Source: Podarcis cretensis (Eukaryota). From it: DNA of 64,000 nucleotides. The number at the start of each line of letters is the position of its first letter. Position 1 is the first letter of the stretch. The notes under the pieces are model-generated. The model ran no database searches. It was not told the DNA's origin and saw only the letters and a program-made list of their open reading frames with translations. The stretch is from assembly GCA_951804945.1 (NCBI GenBank), contig OX638162.1, positions 41,416,001-41,480,000 on the forward strand. The letters are read 5' to 3'. This document shows, piece after piece, positions 1 to 13,188 of this stretch. The position numbers and the translations under genes are program-made.

Positions 1-372
1 CTGCAGCTTATCTGTGTTTTTTGACAAGCACACAGAGCAGCCTGGTGTTCTCAGTTACGCTGAACCTCTGTGGTTCACCTGTTACTCTTGGCGTGTACAT
101 CTTAGGCACTTTTTTTTTTTGTTCTGCTAATCCCTATACAATGCTCAACTCATTCTCAGAGTGTGAATCCTAATTAGCCAACATGGCGTCATCCATGCAC
201 ACAAGGGATGCGTGGGCAGGCTCAAGAGAACTAAGGGCTTAGGAGAGTATACTGTAAAGGCGCCCCTCTTCCCCTAGCCTGGTTTGGACTTAGGGCACAT
301 CTGCACAATACACTATGAACCCCCTTTAGCAGCCACAGCTTCCTCCAAAGAATCCTGGGAAATGTAGTTTGA

Positions 373-418
373 GATAGATGATAGATAGATAGATTGATAG
401 ATAGATAGATAGATAGAT
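373..418. repeat. (GATA)n microsatellite, imperfect
   Basis: About 11 GATA units read directly. Confidence 0.95.
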
Positions 419-2454
419 CACTTAACTACAAATCTCAAGTGGTATATAAAGATACAATCTGAGAAAATAAAAATCAGTTTAAACTGTAAAATCAAACATC
501 AGTTAAAATGCCTGTCAGTATTACACCGTATCAAAGCACTGAAAGCAATGGGAAGCCAATGGGATCTTTGGCTTATTTAATTGCCTCTAAAACAGGGACG
601 TACTCTCAACCAATGTGCCTGAACTTTGGAAAGGTCCGGTGCATTGAAGGAAGAGTAGAAAGCTTAGCAGTTTCATGCCGTTTGGATGGAAAATGTAGGA
701 GTTAAAGGCACCAGACGACTGTCTGGGTCTCCCTTTGAAAGCAATGGGACTCTAATGTGGATAACAGAATGAATGAACTAGTGTGGAATCACTTGTGAAG
801 ATGAATGAAAAGCAAATGAACCAGCCATTGAAAGTTTTAATAGTGCAACTAAATGGAATGAGTAAATGTGGGGTGGGAATCTTGCACACTGCTAGGACCA
901 CTTTGAGGTCACATTTAGTATAGCTTTCCCTTATATGTCAGGTCATTCTTTCTCTTTCAGTAATAACAACAACAAATTTAAGTGACATTGGAAGTTAACG
1001 CATGCAGGAAACAAATTGATTGAAAAAGGAGACAAGGCCCCAGTTGAAAGTCACCAAGTTCCAACTTCTCAACTGAATCTCTTAAGCACCATGAGTGCAT
1101 CTGGTGTGTGTTCTTATTCCGAGTCTCTTGGGTACGGCCCATAAGGTTATTGTGAAATCATGTTTTTGAGATCATCTCAGCAACAGTGTAAAACAAATTA
1201 AAGTTGTCGGGGGGGTTGTTTCATTAGCCTTCTGTGGTTCTTGGAATTAAAAATTCAAGAATACAGAGAGGGTAGCATTTTTAAAAAAACCAAAAAAACA
1301 AGTTGAATATCTGTTGACACACAGAGAGTGTGGAATGACCTAGTCCCCCCCCTCCACACCATAATACATGTATCCTTGTATACATTCCTCCTAGATTTCA
1401 AGCAGTGGGTTGTTGCCAAGGTTTCAAGTGACCTCCCCCAAAAAGAATAATCAGGCGACATAGGGAGGTTTCTACCAACACCCCTTGGAATGTTAAAATA
1501 TATTTTTTTTATACTTCTGCAAACCTTAGGGGGGTCCCCTGAGCATGCTGACACCTCCCTCTTGTTTCTCACTGTCCCCTTTTGATTATGTATCTGTTGG
1601 CACTCCCCATCTGACATTGCTATTTAGAAGGAGAGATCAAACATCAAAAGCAGTAAAAAAAATCATAAAGTGTGGGAGGGGGTGTGTTGTAATCCAATTA
1701 ACCAGCATAAAACCAGGAAGGTTTGATCATAAAAGCTCTTCTGGAATTAAAGAAGAAGTATCCAGAGCTTATCAACATATGGGAAGAGGGGAGGCTTGAT
1801 GTACTTCTCTAGAGGAAAACATTTCATAGCTGTGGTCCCAGCACTGAAAAGGCCTGTCCCTGCTACCCACAGACCAGACCTTTGCTAGTAATGGGTCCAT
1901 TCTTAGGCCTCAGGTAAATCTATATAGATGGAGGTGATCCATGAGGTAACCTTGTCCTGAGATGTCTAAAGATTAACAACCAGCATGTTTGACTAAGCAT
2001 GGAAATGAATCAGCATGCAATGATCAGTCTGTAGGATCAATGCCTTTCTCCAGCCCTCACCTGTTGCAGTTTCCAAACTGCATGGCCTTATAACAAATCA
2101 GACAAACTATCAGCAGCTATCCAGGATTTCAGGCCAGGCTTTTCCATAGCCTTAACCTGGAGATACCAGAGGTTGAACCAGGGACGAAGTGGATGCTGTA
2201 TTACAGAGCTACAGACCACCCCATCCTTCAGTTTGCTGAGGAGGAGGGAGCTCTGTCTAAGAGAGACAGTGTTGTGACAGCAGAGGCCACCAGTTAATAT
2301 GTATTTAATCTAGTGTGCTTCTGCTGTCCCAATGGACCTTTTGTTTCGGCTGCCTTTGTAATGAAAAGTGACAGTTGTTTCACCTACTGGTAAAAATCTT
2401 GTATAATTGGTCCCTGGATCAGTATCTGAAGGGGGCAATTAAGATTATGCTTTC

Positions 2455-2456
<2 letters not shown>

Positions 2457-2493
<37 letters not shown>
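2457..2493. repeat. (GT)n microsatellite
   Basis: About 18 GT units. Confidence 0.97.
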
Positions 2494-2494
<1 letters not shown>

Positions 2495-2728
2495 CATAAT
2501 TCTTCTCTAAATGTAAATACAATGGAATGGGAAGCTTCCATACAGGAGCTTTGCTTTGTTTACTTCATCTGTGTTGCCCATAATCTGCAGGCTGTAATTA
2601 AAAGCCCCGGTACTTGGTGGTAACAATTAAAATAGTCCATGGGTGACTGATGACTGCTCTGTTGATGTTTGTGCAATGTTTTCCGGTCAGGGATATCAAA
2701 TCCAATTACCAGGTGGTCAAGATAGGAA

Positions 2729-2947
2729 GCACTGTAGCTCAGTGGCATGCAGAAGGTCCCAGACTTCTCCACGTAGGGCTGGGAAAGACTCCCTGCCCTT
2801 TTTGCTAAACCGCTTTGAGAGGTTTTCTTACAGTCAGCTGGTGTGAAACGTTATGACAAAGCAATAGAGAAATGCTTGGAGAGTTGCTGCTGGCCAGGGT
2901 AGACAATACTGAGCTCAATGGACCAGTGGTCTGCTGTCTGTGTTCCT
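2729..2947 (+). mobile_element. tRNA-Ala-like-headed SINE with CR1-type tail (decayed, interrupted)
   Basis: gtagctcagtgg...gcatgcagaaggtcccag head and gtagacaatactgagctcaatggaccagtggtctg tail. Related copies at about 2095-2212(-), 6030-6163(+), 6190-6395(-), 27130-27275(-), 31005-31160(-), 38385-38562(-), 41285-41425(+) and 45768-45860(+). Confidence 0.65.
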
Positions 2948-3528
2948 AAGACCATTGAGCAAGGGCTGCTCAGATATGCAAATATGTGTTGCCACCAGGT
3001 TCATTGTGGGTGCCATCTTGTTTTATGTGATTGTCTGCCAGTCACACTAGAACAATGAATATTTAAGTCACCATTCTGGTTAGAAATTTAAGGATGAAGG
3101 ATCAGGGGGAGGAAGAAGACACTTTTCCAAAGTATTTTTTAAAAATTTAATATTCTATTTCCTCCTAGGTTTGATTGTGAAGCTCTTTCCCCTTTCAATT
3201 GCTTGCAGACAATTACCGTGAGATCATTTTGCTTCCTGACCCTTTGCATCAGGGCAGAAAGTCAAGCACACATGAATTAATTTCCTCACCCTTATTGGCA
3301 CATTCATTATGTAAGAACGTCCAAAATTTACAGAGATGAGTAAAGATTCCTTAACAAACTCTACTGAATGTCCCCCCCCCCCCAGCCACCCAGCCACATT
3401 GTTTTGTGGATTTGCCATGCCAGCTGATTGGGCTTCTGCGGGCTCATGAAAAGGATCTTTCCATCAACTTTTGCTACAAATGGGCCAGAAACCCATTAAA
3501 ATCAACATGATGGTTTTACAGCAGGAGT

Positions 3529-4286
3529 GTTGTTGTTGTTGTTTAGTCGTGTCCGACTCTTCGTGGCCCCATGGACCAGAGCACGCCAGGCACTTCTGTC
3601 TTCCACTGCCTCCCGCAGTTTGGTCAGACTCATGTTTGTAGCTTCAAAGACACTATCCAACCATCTCATCCTCTGTCGTCCCCTTCTCCTTGTGCCCTCC
3701 ATCTTTCCCAACATCAGGGTCTTTTCCAGGGAGTCTTCTCTTCTCATGAGGTGGCCAAAGTATTGGAGCCTCAGCTTCACGATCTGTCCTTCCAGTGAGC
3801 ACTCAAGGCTGATTTCCTTAAGAATGGATTGGTTTGTTCTTCTTGCAGTCCATGGGACTCTCAAGAGTCTCCTCCAGCACCATAATTCAAAAGCATCAAT
3901 TCTTCAGCGATCAACCTTCTTTATGGTCCAGCTTTCACTTCCATACATCACTACTGGGAAAACCATAGCTTTTACTATACGGACCTTTGTTTGCAAGGTG
4001 ATGTCTCTACTTTTTAAGATGCTGTCTAGGTTTGTCATTGCTTTCCTCCCAAGAAGCAGGCGTCTCTTAATTTCGTGGCTGCTGTCACCATCTGCAGTGA
4101 TCATGGAGCCCAAGAAAGTAAAATCTCTCACTGCCTCCATTTCTTCTCCTTCTATTTGCCAGGAGGTGATGGGACCAGTGGCCATGATCTTCGTTTTTTT
4201 GATGTTGAGCTTCAGACCATATTTTGCGCTCTCCTCTTTCACCCTCAATAAAAGGTTCTTTAATTCCTCCTCACTTTCTGCCATCA
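3529..4286 (-). mobile_element. BovB (RTE clade) LINE, 5'-truncated 3' end with (AAC)n tail
   Basis: Minus-strand ORFs LMAESEEELKNLLLRVKEESAKYGLKLNIKKTKIMA...ESWTIKK and RVPWTARRTNQSILKEIS...LEKTLMLGKMEGTRRRGRQRMRWLD are the BovB C-terminus. They are in one frame, split only by TGA at 3904-3906. Confidence 0.95.
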
Positions 4287-5632
4287 AAACTGGTTGCATT
4301 CCAACTCCCATCATCCCCGTCAGCCAGCAGGGCCAATGGTCAGGGTGATGGGAGCTGGAGTCCCACAGCGCACCATATTGACTATCCTTGTTTTATTTAT
4401 TTATAAATGGCCCTTCCTCGTGTGGCAGGAACAACCAGGGTCATGTACATCAAACATAAGAACCAACATCAATGCTCGTAGCTGAAAAATGCACAGAGTT
4501 GCTAGCCCTCCTCAAAACAGACGCATTGAGATTAATGAATCTAAGTTAGGCCTTTTAAATGACTTTGATGGGTCTAACCTGAAGAGGACCAGGCTTGGAT
4601 ACAACCCGTATGCACTAAAAATAACAATAAAAATTGGATAGCAAATCATTAAAGAAGGAATAGCAAATGTATTTTTTTTCCTAGAGCATGCAGGTGGATC
4701 TAGGCAACTGAGCAGCTGTAATGTTGGTTTTCAGCATTAAGAAGTTGACCATTCCAAGGGAAGGGGATTGTTGAGGTTTGTGGTGGTTGTAGTTAAGGGT
4801 TAGAGCTTCCATATTCACCTTGTGATATCTTCCTCCCTCTCCGACCCTTGTTTATATCAGGGACCGCTGGTATGGCCAGATTTGTTCCAGTCTGTTTGAG
4901 AAACATTCTGATTTGATGCTAATACAAAATAATAAAGGCCAGCCAATTCAGACCTGCCTACAATAATAAGCAAGGCTGACCTCTTTCTCTCCCTCTCTTT
5001 CTTTCTTTTCAAAATCAATGGATAGCATCCTATGGCTTGTTTTCCCTCTGTGTGTGAGAGAGCTTTATTATCACAAGTGCTGATCACAGAGATTACCATG
5101 CTCAGAATTGCAATGTGCTGGGCTGCCAAAGAAGCTGATCCCTGGCTGTTTATTTCTTCCATGACAGCATTATTACACACACACACATGCACACCCTCCT
5201 CCCTTCCTCTCACCCTGCACACATTGTTAAGCATCGCTGCTTAGTTACATTGGTATTCCAGCCAACGTGCTCTTGAGCAAACATTTCTCTGCCGTTGCCG
5301 TCTTTGCAAAGCCTCTTTCGCCTATGGCACCCAGACAAGGACACGGGGAGGGAGAGGAGACTGCGGGAGGGAGGAGAAATGAGTAATAATCAGAAGTATA
5401 TTAAGTGAGGCACCAAATTCTCTCTCCTCTCCTGCTCCATCCCCCTGCAGTAAGAGCTGTCTTGAAGTCACCTTATTCAAGGCAGGGAAGGGTCGCTGTT
5501 CAGGAGCAAAGCACATGCTCTGCATGCAGAAGCTCCCAGGATTATTCCCCAGCATTTGCAAACCAAGCTGAGAAATTGCTGGCCTACAGCCCCCATCAGT
5601 CCCAACCAGGGATGGTGGGAGTTGTGCTATGA

Positions 5633-5925
5633 AAAGAACGTGAGAACAGAAGAGCCTGCTGGATCAGGCCAATGGCTCATGCAGTCCAGCATCCTATTCT
5701 CACAGTGGCCACCCAAATGCCCCAATGGGAAGCCCGCAAGCCGGTCTTGAACTCAACAGCGCTCTCCCTTCCTGCAGTTTCTAGCAGCTGGCATTCAGAA
5801 GCAGTGCTGCCTCCAGCCGTGGAAGCAAAGCATAGTCACTGTGGCTAGTTGATAGCTTTACCCTCCATGAACCTGTCCAGTCATCTTTTGAAGACATCCA
5901 AGTTGGTGGCCATCACTACCTCCTG
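5633..5925 (-). mobile_element. CR1-like LINE 3' end/3'UTR (abundant squamate family)
   Basis: aagagcctgctggatcaggccaatgg...cagcatcctattctcacagtggcc motif. It recurs at about 8620-8830, 10745-11010, 15130-15652, 26330-26550, 48925-49070, 51760-51910, 56770-56940 and 60780-61020. In longer copies it is contiguous with CR1 ORF2 sequence. Confidence 0.75.
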
Positions 5926-8274
5926 AAAGATCTGGAGGGATCACACTGGCTAGGCAGAGGGCAAGCAACAGCTGGCTAGATGATCCAACCGTCTGCCTTG
6001 GTGCAAGACAGCACCCTCTGTTTAGGGAAGGAGGTATAGCTCAGTGGTAGAGTACGTGCTCTGTATCCCACATTTAATCACTACCTGGAGAGCCACTCCT
6101 AGTCAGCGTAGACAATAGCCAGCAAGGTGGACCAATGGTCTGATGGTACATAAGGCACCTTCCTAATTTCCTATCCTTTTCATAGAGCCTAAATCTCCAA
6201 CTGTCTTGTGTGTAGTCATACCAGTGGTCCATCTACCCCAGCATCGTCCATTCTGGCTGGCAACGCCCAAGGTCTCAGGCAAAAACTTTTCCCGGTCCCG
6301 GTGCTTTCTATGTGATGACTTTTTTTTTTTACAACTGGAGAAGGCGAGGGCTGGAAATTCTGCCTGCCAAGTACATGATCTGCTGCAGAGCTGCATCCCC
6401 TCCCCTGGAGAAGAGGTGTGGAATCTTCCTTATTGACACTGGTAGTTCACATTAACATATATAGCAAAGCAGTCCTCTAAGGCAAGGATAGGGGCAATGA
6501 TTGTTCAAGGACAATTTTAAAAAATAAAATAAAATAGGGACTTCTTGCTGGCAAATGAGGATAATCGGAGTATATGGGATCTGCTAAAAAGCTTCGCAGT
6601 TATTGCCTTATCCCTTGATCTGAGATGTCCTTGTGCATCCTGCCCTTCTGTTGACAGGGTGGGGCCTTTGAACCAAAGCACTTCGTAAGTTACAGGGACA
6701 GGAGAGGTGGCAGCATTTGCCCTGGGTGGAAGAGGGAGTGCAGAGCTACTCGTGGTGGTGTCCTTGGCCAAGGAGAGAGACGCTGGATTGCAGGATGCCT
6801 AATTATGACCATTTTCTTGCTGCTGTGTAGCTTGGCTTGTGAACGGTGTTGGCTCCATAGTGCCATCTCCTACTCATTGCTGCGGCCACTGCCCAGTCGC
6901 TTGCCCTTGTCCCTCTGGCCCCAGCCAACACCACTGCTCAGAAATGGGTGCCAAGGCAAATGGAATCTGCTTGCTCAGATGGAGAGGACAGGTGCAGGAG
7001 GAAACAACATGGGTCAGTGATCTTGTGGTGTGGGGCCTCAGTAAGTGCCCAAGAGTGCTGTCCCCTGAGCACAAGTCCCTTGGGATATCCATGGTGGTGA
7101 GAGGCAATTCCTGCCAAAATCAAGCAGCCCCAAGCATGATTCTTGCATTGCAGGGAGTTGCATAACCCTTGGGTTCCCTTCCAACGCTACAATTCTATGC
7201 TCCACTTAAGCTGCAGTGCAGACTTCTCCACCCACCATGGCCAATGGAGCCACCATCACCGCAAAAGCTGCAGCCCTGCTGCAAGCAATGGCTGGGGCAG
7301 AAGGAGAGGGCAGGCAGTTCCTGTGCCAGCCTGGAGTTGTTACAGCAGTGATTGTGTTGCCAGCACGGGATCCAAGAGATCCTGAACCAGCTTCACCTCA
7401 CCCCTTGAAAGCCCCATTTTGGGGCTTTTTGCTGGCCACCACCAGCCCATGCGAAGTCCACCGAGGTCGGCAGAGGGGAACCAGCACCTCCAGTCCAGCA
7501 CAAAGCAGCACATTGCTCTGCTACCCAGTGGACTACACCCAACCAACTTCTCAAAGTAGATCCATTGAAATGAATATATCCAAGTCAGTTGTGTCCATCC
7601 GTTTCAATGGGTGAACAGGACTGACTTTGGATGCCGTCCAATATCTTAAAATTGGGACGCAGAAACATTTAAAACAAAGCAGTGCAGTGCAGTAGCAAGT
7701 AGCTCTGATGGTCTCATCTACGCTTGGTTGGAAGGCAGTAAAAGCAAACATGCATCCCTTGACGACCTTCAGTTTAATAAACCTCTTTGCTGGCGCCTCC
7801 AAATCAGAATGCCCGTTCAGCAGCAAATTTAGCTTTCACATTAAGCTCTCCTTGAGACCTGTCACACAATTATTTTTAGGCCTGCTGCTTCTAAAACCAG
7901 AGCTGACGCGCCTGGCTCCGGACAGGCCTCTTAATGAAAAGAGACACGAGGAGAAACCTCAAAAGAATTCAGCAATATAGATCTCTCTGGCAATCCCAAC
8001 TCAGGGAACAGCCCAGGGCTGAGTTTAGATAAAGGCTAAATTGCTGCCTGACAGTTGTGATTGGAAGAGAAAGGCCCGTGGAAAGCAGTTGCACGAGGAG
8101 GTGCGGAGTCGGGAAATGTGTCTGGAGAAACTACCGGATACAAATGCAGCTGCTCACATTAGCTTGTTAAGGGCGGAAATGGTTTCGTTTGTAAAAGACG
8201 TTGAGGGGGATGTTTGCATTAGAGAGGCATCAGAGGGGGTCTGTCTCTTCTGTAACAGCCTGCTTAGTTACTCT

Positions 8275-8475
8275 TTTTATTTTATGGATTGCCTTTGTAT
8301 CTCACCTTTTTCTCCAGTGAGCATACATGGTTCTCCCTCTCCTCATATAATCCCCACAAAAACCCTGTGAGGTAGGTTAGGCTGAGAGTGAAGTGACTGG
8401 CGCAAGGTCACCTGGTGAGCTGCATGGTTGAGTGGCGATTTGAACCCTGTTCTCCCCAGTTCCACGCTAATTACT
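8275..8475 (-). mobile_element. Old Squam3/MIR-like CORE SINE
   Basis: aaccctgtgaggtaggttaggctgagag...gtgactggcgcaaggtcacc...gatttgaaccc. A similar copy is at about 31580-31750(-). Confidence 0.7.
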
Positions 8476-9799
8476 GGTGGACCATGTTTTGACTAAATCT
8501 GGGGTGGGGGGGGTGTCAGAGATTGTGGGTTCCCATAAGGGCCTTCCTCATATTAAGAACGAAAGAATCTCAAGTTCTGTTTTTAAATGAACCTTGGGAA
8601 CTTGTGGCCCTCAAGTGATGGACACTAACTTGGATGGCTTTGAAAGAGGATGAAACAAGTTCATGGGGGATAAGGCTATCAGTGGCTACCAGGCACAATG
8701 ACTATGGTCTGCATCCCTGGCAGGAGGCAGCAATGCTTCTGAATGCCAGAGGGGAGTGCTCTTGTGCTCTGATCCTTCTTCAAGGTTCCCCCTAGACACT
8801 TGGCTGGTCACTGTGAGAAGAGGATGCAGACTAATGGAGTACGAGAGGAGCAGGTCCTTGTCTTTATCAGTCTCTGGGGCTTAAGTAGATCCATCCATAA
8901 TTTTGCATGTGATGAAACCATGCAGTTTCTTCACCATGCAGACCAGGCATTGTAGCTCAACCCACCTGGACAGCTTTGTTGGAAGCGTCATTTGTGGGAT
9001 GAGTGGCATGATCGGTATGGACCACTGTTCATGGCAGTAATGGGGGAACCTGTTGTCTTCCAGAACTTGCTAGACTACAACCCTCATCAACCCTGACCAT
9101 TGGCTATGTCGGTGGGGGCTGATGGGAATTGGAGTCCATCTGCATCAGGAGAGCCACAAGTTCTCCAGCCCTGCTGTTGGGTTAGTGGCAAAGCAGCTTA
9201 GGATACCAGTTGATTGGAGGCAAGCATTCATATGGTTGGCCACTGTGGAAAACTGTCCTGGGCTTAAGGGACCACTGATGTGCTCAGACATGGGTGATGC
9301 CAAGAAGGGAGGGAATTTGCACCTGTCTTTGCCAATGTGGCTGGGTCTCACAGAAGCTGCAATCCAAAATACCTGGAGGGCACCAGGTTGGGGAAGGCTG
9401 GACTAAAGGAAGACTGAACTTTTAAGAGTTGCAAAGAGTGAGGCAGTTTAATGGATGCCCCTAGCACACTGAATCAATTTTTGACTTTGGAATGAAATGT
9501 ACTGAAAAGAGCTCTATCGATCTGTGTTGAATTAGATGTAATGAACTGGCTGGGTTTAATGAACTAGATTTACTGAATTTATTGAAATTAACATTGGTTG
9601 TACACCAGGATGTTAAAAAGTGTTGGAAGTCTTGCAATTGCTATTAGAAAACTGAATTAAAATTGAGCTCGGAATGAAATGAATTAAAAGAGCCATATGG
9701 ATTTATATTGAATCAGAATTGGACAATAAATAAAATGTAGTGAGTTTATTGGAACTAGAAATAGAACTGATTAGCTGCAGTGAATCAGACTAAGGTTGC

Positions 9800-9976
9800 A
9801 TTCCTGTGCACACTTTCCTGGGAGTAAGTCCCTTTGAACAAAGTCAGATTTACTTCTGAGTAAGCATGCATGGGATTGCACTGAAATGCTGCAATCCTTT
9901 TCCCAGTTTCCTGGGAATTCCCAGTATCCATGCAACTCAAACTTACTTTCTAAGTAGACATGCATCGGATTGTACT
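9800..9976. mobile_element. Two tandem short palindromic MITEs (about 90 bp each)
   Basis: ggttgcattcctgtgcacac...gcatgcatgggattgcactg, followed by a second diverged copy. Both have inverted termini. Confidence 0.6.
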
Positions 9977-10533
9977 GTTAATTAATGTATTGGAACTAGG
10001 GAAACGACCCTATAGGATAGGATTAATGGGCTGAATATATTCATTTGGGAAGTAATTGTACATACATAACTAGTAATACATTTAGAGGCTATAAGCTGCC
10101 TTTGCTTATTTTGGAACACTGAGGAAAATAATGGCCTATTATAGTTGATGGATAAGCTGACAAGAGAAAAAGAGAGATGCGTATCTCGTAAAAATAAAAG
10201 CTTTAAAACATAAATCTTAACTGTTTCTTAGAAATCATAAACTGCAAGAGGGAAATAAAAAATATGTATATAACACTCCAATGTGTTAGAAAGTATTACT
10301 TATTTATCAAGATTTACATACTGCTTGGTTGCAATAGAACCTCAAAAAGAAAGAAAACAATAAAATTATCAGGTAAAAAAAAGCAGGTGAAAACAACTAC
10401 TTAAAATGTTCAGAAATGCACAGTGGTCTGAATTCCCAGCTGGCAGGAACAAGGGCACTGTGGACAGGGCTAGCCTGTGTCTCTCTGCCCCTCTCGCCTC
10501 ACATTCTCATCCACACCTGAGCAGGACTGGTGA

Positions 10534-10550
10534 GATGATGATGGTGGTGG

Positions 10551-10592
<42 letters not shown>

Positions 10593-10690
10593 ATTTGTAC
10601 CCCGCCCATCTGGCTGGGTTTCCCCAGCCACTCTGGGCAGCTTCCACAAAGACCAAAAATACACTAATATCCAAAAATACACTAATATGT
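10534..10690 (-). mobile_element. L2-like LINE 3' tail with (GAT)n microsatellite (10534-10590)
   Basis: (GAT)n, then ttatttgtaccccgcccatctggctgggtttccccagccactctgggcagcttcc. An 18-bp direct duplication ccaaaaatacactaatat marks the far end. Confidence 0.7.
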
Positions 10691-12251
10691 GGAGCATTCT
10701 GCTGTCCATCAGTTTTTTTTTCAACTTTTGAGGGTCAGCTGACATGTCTGCAGGTGGGGAGAGTTACCGTTGTGGTCGGATTCTGCTTGTGGGCTTCCCT
10801 TGGGCATCTGGTTGGCTAAGGGGAGAGAAGAATGCTGGACTAGAAAGCCCTTTTGCCTGATCCAGTAGGACCCAGTTTCTGCGAATCAAAAGCAGGTAGG
10901 GTGCTATTATCTACAGGTCCTTCTTCTGGGCTTCCCATGTGTTGACCACCTTGAGAACAGGATGCTGGGCTATGTCTGGACCACTGGCTTGATCCTGCAG
11001 TTCTTGGTCTTATGTCCCCCCCCCCATAATTAATACAGTTTTTCTCTGCAGAAGAAATAACACAAGAGTCTGATTGCAATCCTCAGTTAATGTCTGAAGC
11101 CTCTGAATTTCCAGAAACCAACAATTGTTAAAGTGCAATTTAATTTTTTTAAAAAAATTAAAAGAGGAAAGCATATGGAAAGAGCAAACTGCATTAACAT
11201 CTGTTCTTTCTCCCATCTGCTGTCTTTGGCTTTGCTCTTGCCCAGATCTGTCCAACTGGCTAGATTTCCAAGGAGGCTCATTGCTTATGAGCTATTTCTT
11301 CCAATAAAGTTCATTATTTTTTCTTCATCATGACTGAAATGGAGTAAACGTCTCTCTCAAATGCGGAACAGCTTTTTGAGAGAGGTTTGTTGTTGTTTTT
11401 TCCCCTTAATGAAAAGAGCTGGATGTTGAGAGAACAGGTGGAATATGAAATGGATCTGGCTGGGTTGTGGGTTGTTGTTTTTTAAAACGTCATGCTATCC
11501 AAAACAATTGTGAGATCACCTGGATCTGTTATCTTTTGTTTATCTCAGAGTCTGTCTCCCGTTTCAAGCCTTGCGCCACCTTTCTGAAATTCAAGGTATC
11601 TGCCACATAACAAAGAATAATATTTAAAACCAATTGGCTATTACAGTTTCTTTCTTTTAAAAAGGGAGCCAGGAAGGTCATGCTAGGCAACAAGCCTATA
11701 AGTTTATATGCATTTTTCACTGATTGTTGTAAGTATTGTGGGGGAACCTCTCCTGGTGATCTGTTCATATATCAGGGCCACAGCACAAAAGGCCCTGCTC
11801 CCAATGTGACCAGTTCAACACTGAAAGGGACTGCCTAGGAGAGATGTGGGCAGGGCAGAGGAGGAAACCAATGTATGCTTAAGCTGCAAGGGTTTGATGT
11901 ACATTTGCTTTCCTTATGTCTTTTGCCAACCGGCTTAGCCCAACTGAAACTGTAGCCAAAAGTGTGTGTTAGGTTCCACTATAACAAGGTCAGGGAGCTC
12001 TGTGCACTCCAGGTGTTGCTGAATTACATCTCCCCTCATCCCTGGCCTCTATCATCTACCACCCAGGCAAGGCAGAGACATTATCAGAGAGCCAGGACAT
12101 ATACCAGCTGGTCAAAAACACTTGGAAGAGGGTGCAAAATAAGCAAGAAGAACCCCACTGGATCAGGCCATTGGCTGTTCTAGTCCAGCATCCCATTCTC
12201 ACAGTGGCCAACCAGTGGCCACAGGGAAACCCTCGAGCAGAACCCGAGTGT

Positions 12252-12502
12252 AAGAAGAGGAGGAGTTTGGATTTGATATCCTGTTTTATCACTACCCAAA
12301 GGAGTCTCAAAGCAGCTAACGATTTCCTTTCCCTTCCTCCTCCACAACAAACACTCTGTGAGGTGAGTGAGGCTGAGAGACTTCAGAGAAGTGTGACTGG
12401 CCCAAGGTCACCCAGCAGCTGCATGTGGAGGAGCGGAGACGCGAACCCGGTTCCCCAGATTACGAGTCTCCCGCTCTTAGCCACTACACCACACTGGCTC
12501 TC
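12252..12502 (-). mobile_element. Squam3-type tRNA-derived SINE, young and full length
   Basis: Reverse complement starts gagagccagtgtggtgtagtgg (A box), contains ggttcgcgtc (B box) and ends ggatatcaaatccaaactc plus a (CTT/CCT) tail. Confidence 0.85.
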
Positions 12503-12767
12503 CTCTTTGTCATTTACAGCAACTGTTATTGACAAGCATTGCTTGCCTCTGCTTGTGGAGACAGAGCAGAGCCATCCTGGCCTGTAGCCATTGATAGCCT
12601 TCTCCCCCCATGATTCATCCAGTCCTCTTTTAAAGCCACCCACATTAGTGGCCATTACTGCCTCCTGTGGGAGAGAGTTTCATAGTTCAACTCTGCACTA
12701 CATGAAGAAGTACTGTCCTGAATCTTCCAGCATTCAGCTTCATTGGATGCCCACAAGTTCTAGTATT

Positions 12768-13013
12768 GAGAGCCAATGTGGTGTAGTGGTTAAGAGCAGT
12801 GGACTCGTAATCTGGTGAACCGGGTTCGATTCCCCGCTCCTCCACATGCAGCTGCTGGGTGACCTTGGGCTAGTCACACTTCTTTGAAGTCTCTCAGCCC
12901 CACTCACCTCATAGAGTGTTTGTTGTGGGGGAGGAAGGGAAAGGAGAATGTTAGCCGCTTTGAGACTCCTTCGGGTAGTGATAAAGCGGGATATCAAATC
13001 CAAATCCAAACTC
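12768..13013 (+). mobile_element. Squam3-type SINE, full length, 10-bp TSD
   Basis: A box tggtgtagtgg, B box ggttcgattcc. TSD ttctagtatt at 12758-12767 and 13014-13023. Confidence 0.88.
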
Positions 13014-13188
13014 TTCTAGTATTATGAGAGAGGGGGAGAGGGAGGGAGGAGAAAAACTTTACTCTGTCCACTCTCTCCATGCCACACATAATTTTAAAAA
13101 CTTCTGTCACCTTGACTTGCCTTTCCTCTAAACTAAAAAGTCCCAAACACTGCAACCTTTCCCTATAAGGCAGAGACTCCATCCCCTT

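Noticed and set aside
3527-4348. 273-aa plus-strand ORF
   Set aside because: Antisense frame of BovB, which is commonly open. Not a gene.
6517-7165. Cluster of overlapping short ORFs, possible processed pseudogene
   Set aside because: No recognisable protein, poly(A) or TSD. BLASTX would be needed to reopen it.
9420-10290. AT-rich tract with recurring tgaa(c/t)t words
   Set aside because: No fixed period or assignable family. Probably an old LINE or LTR remnant, but I cannot support a call.
10406-10819. ORF with poly-Met (and antisense poly-Ser)
   Set aside because: Translation of the (GAT)n microsatellite in a LINE tail.
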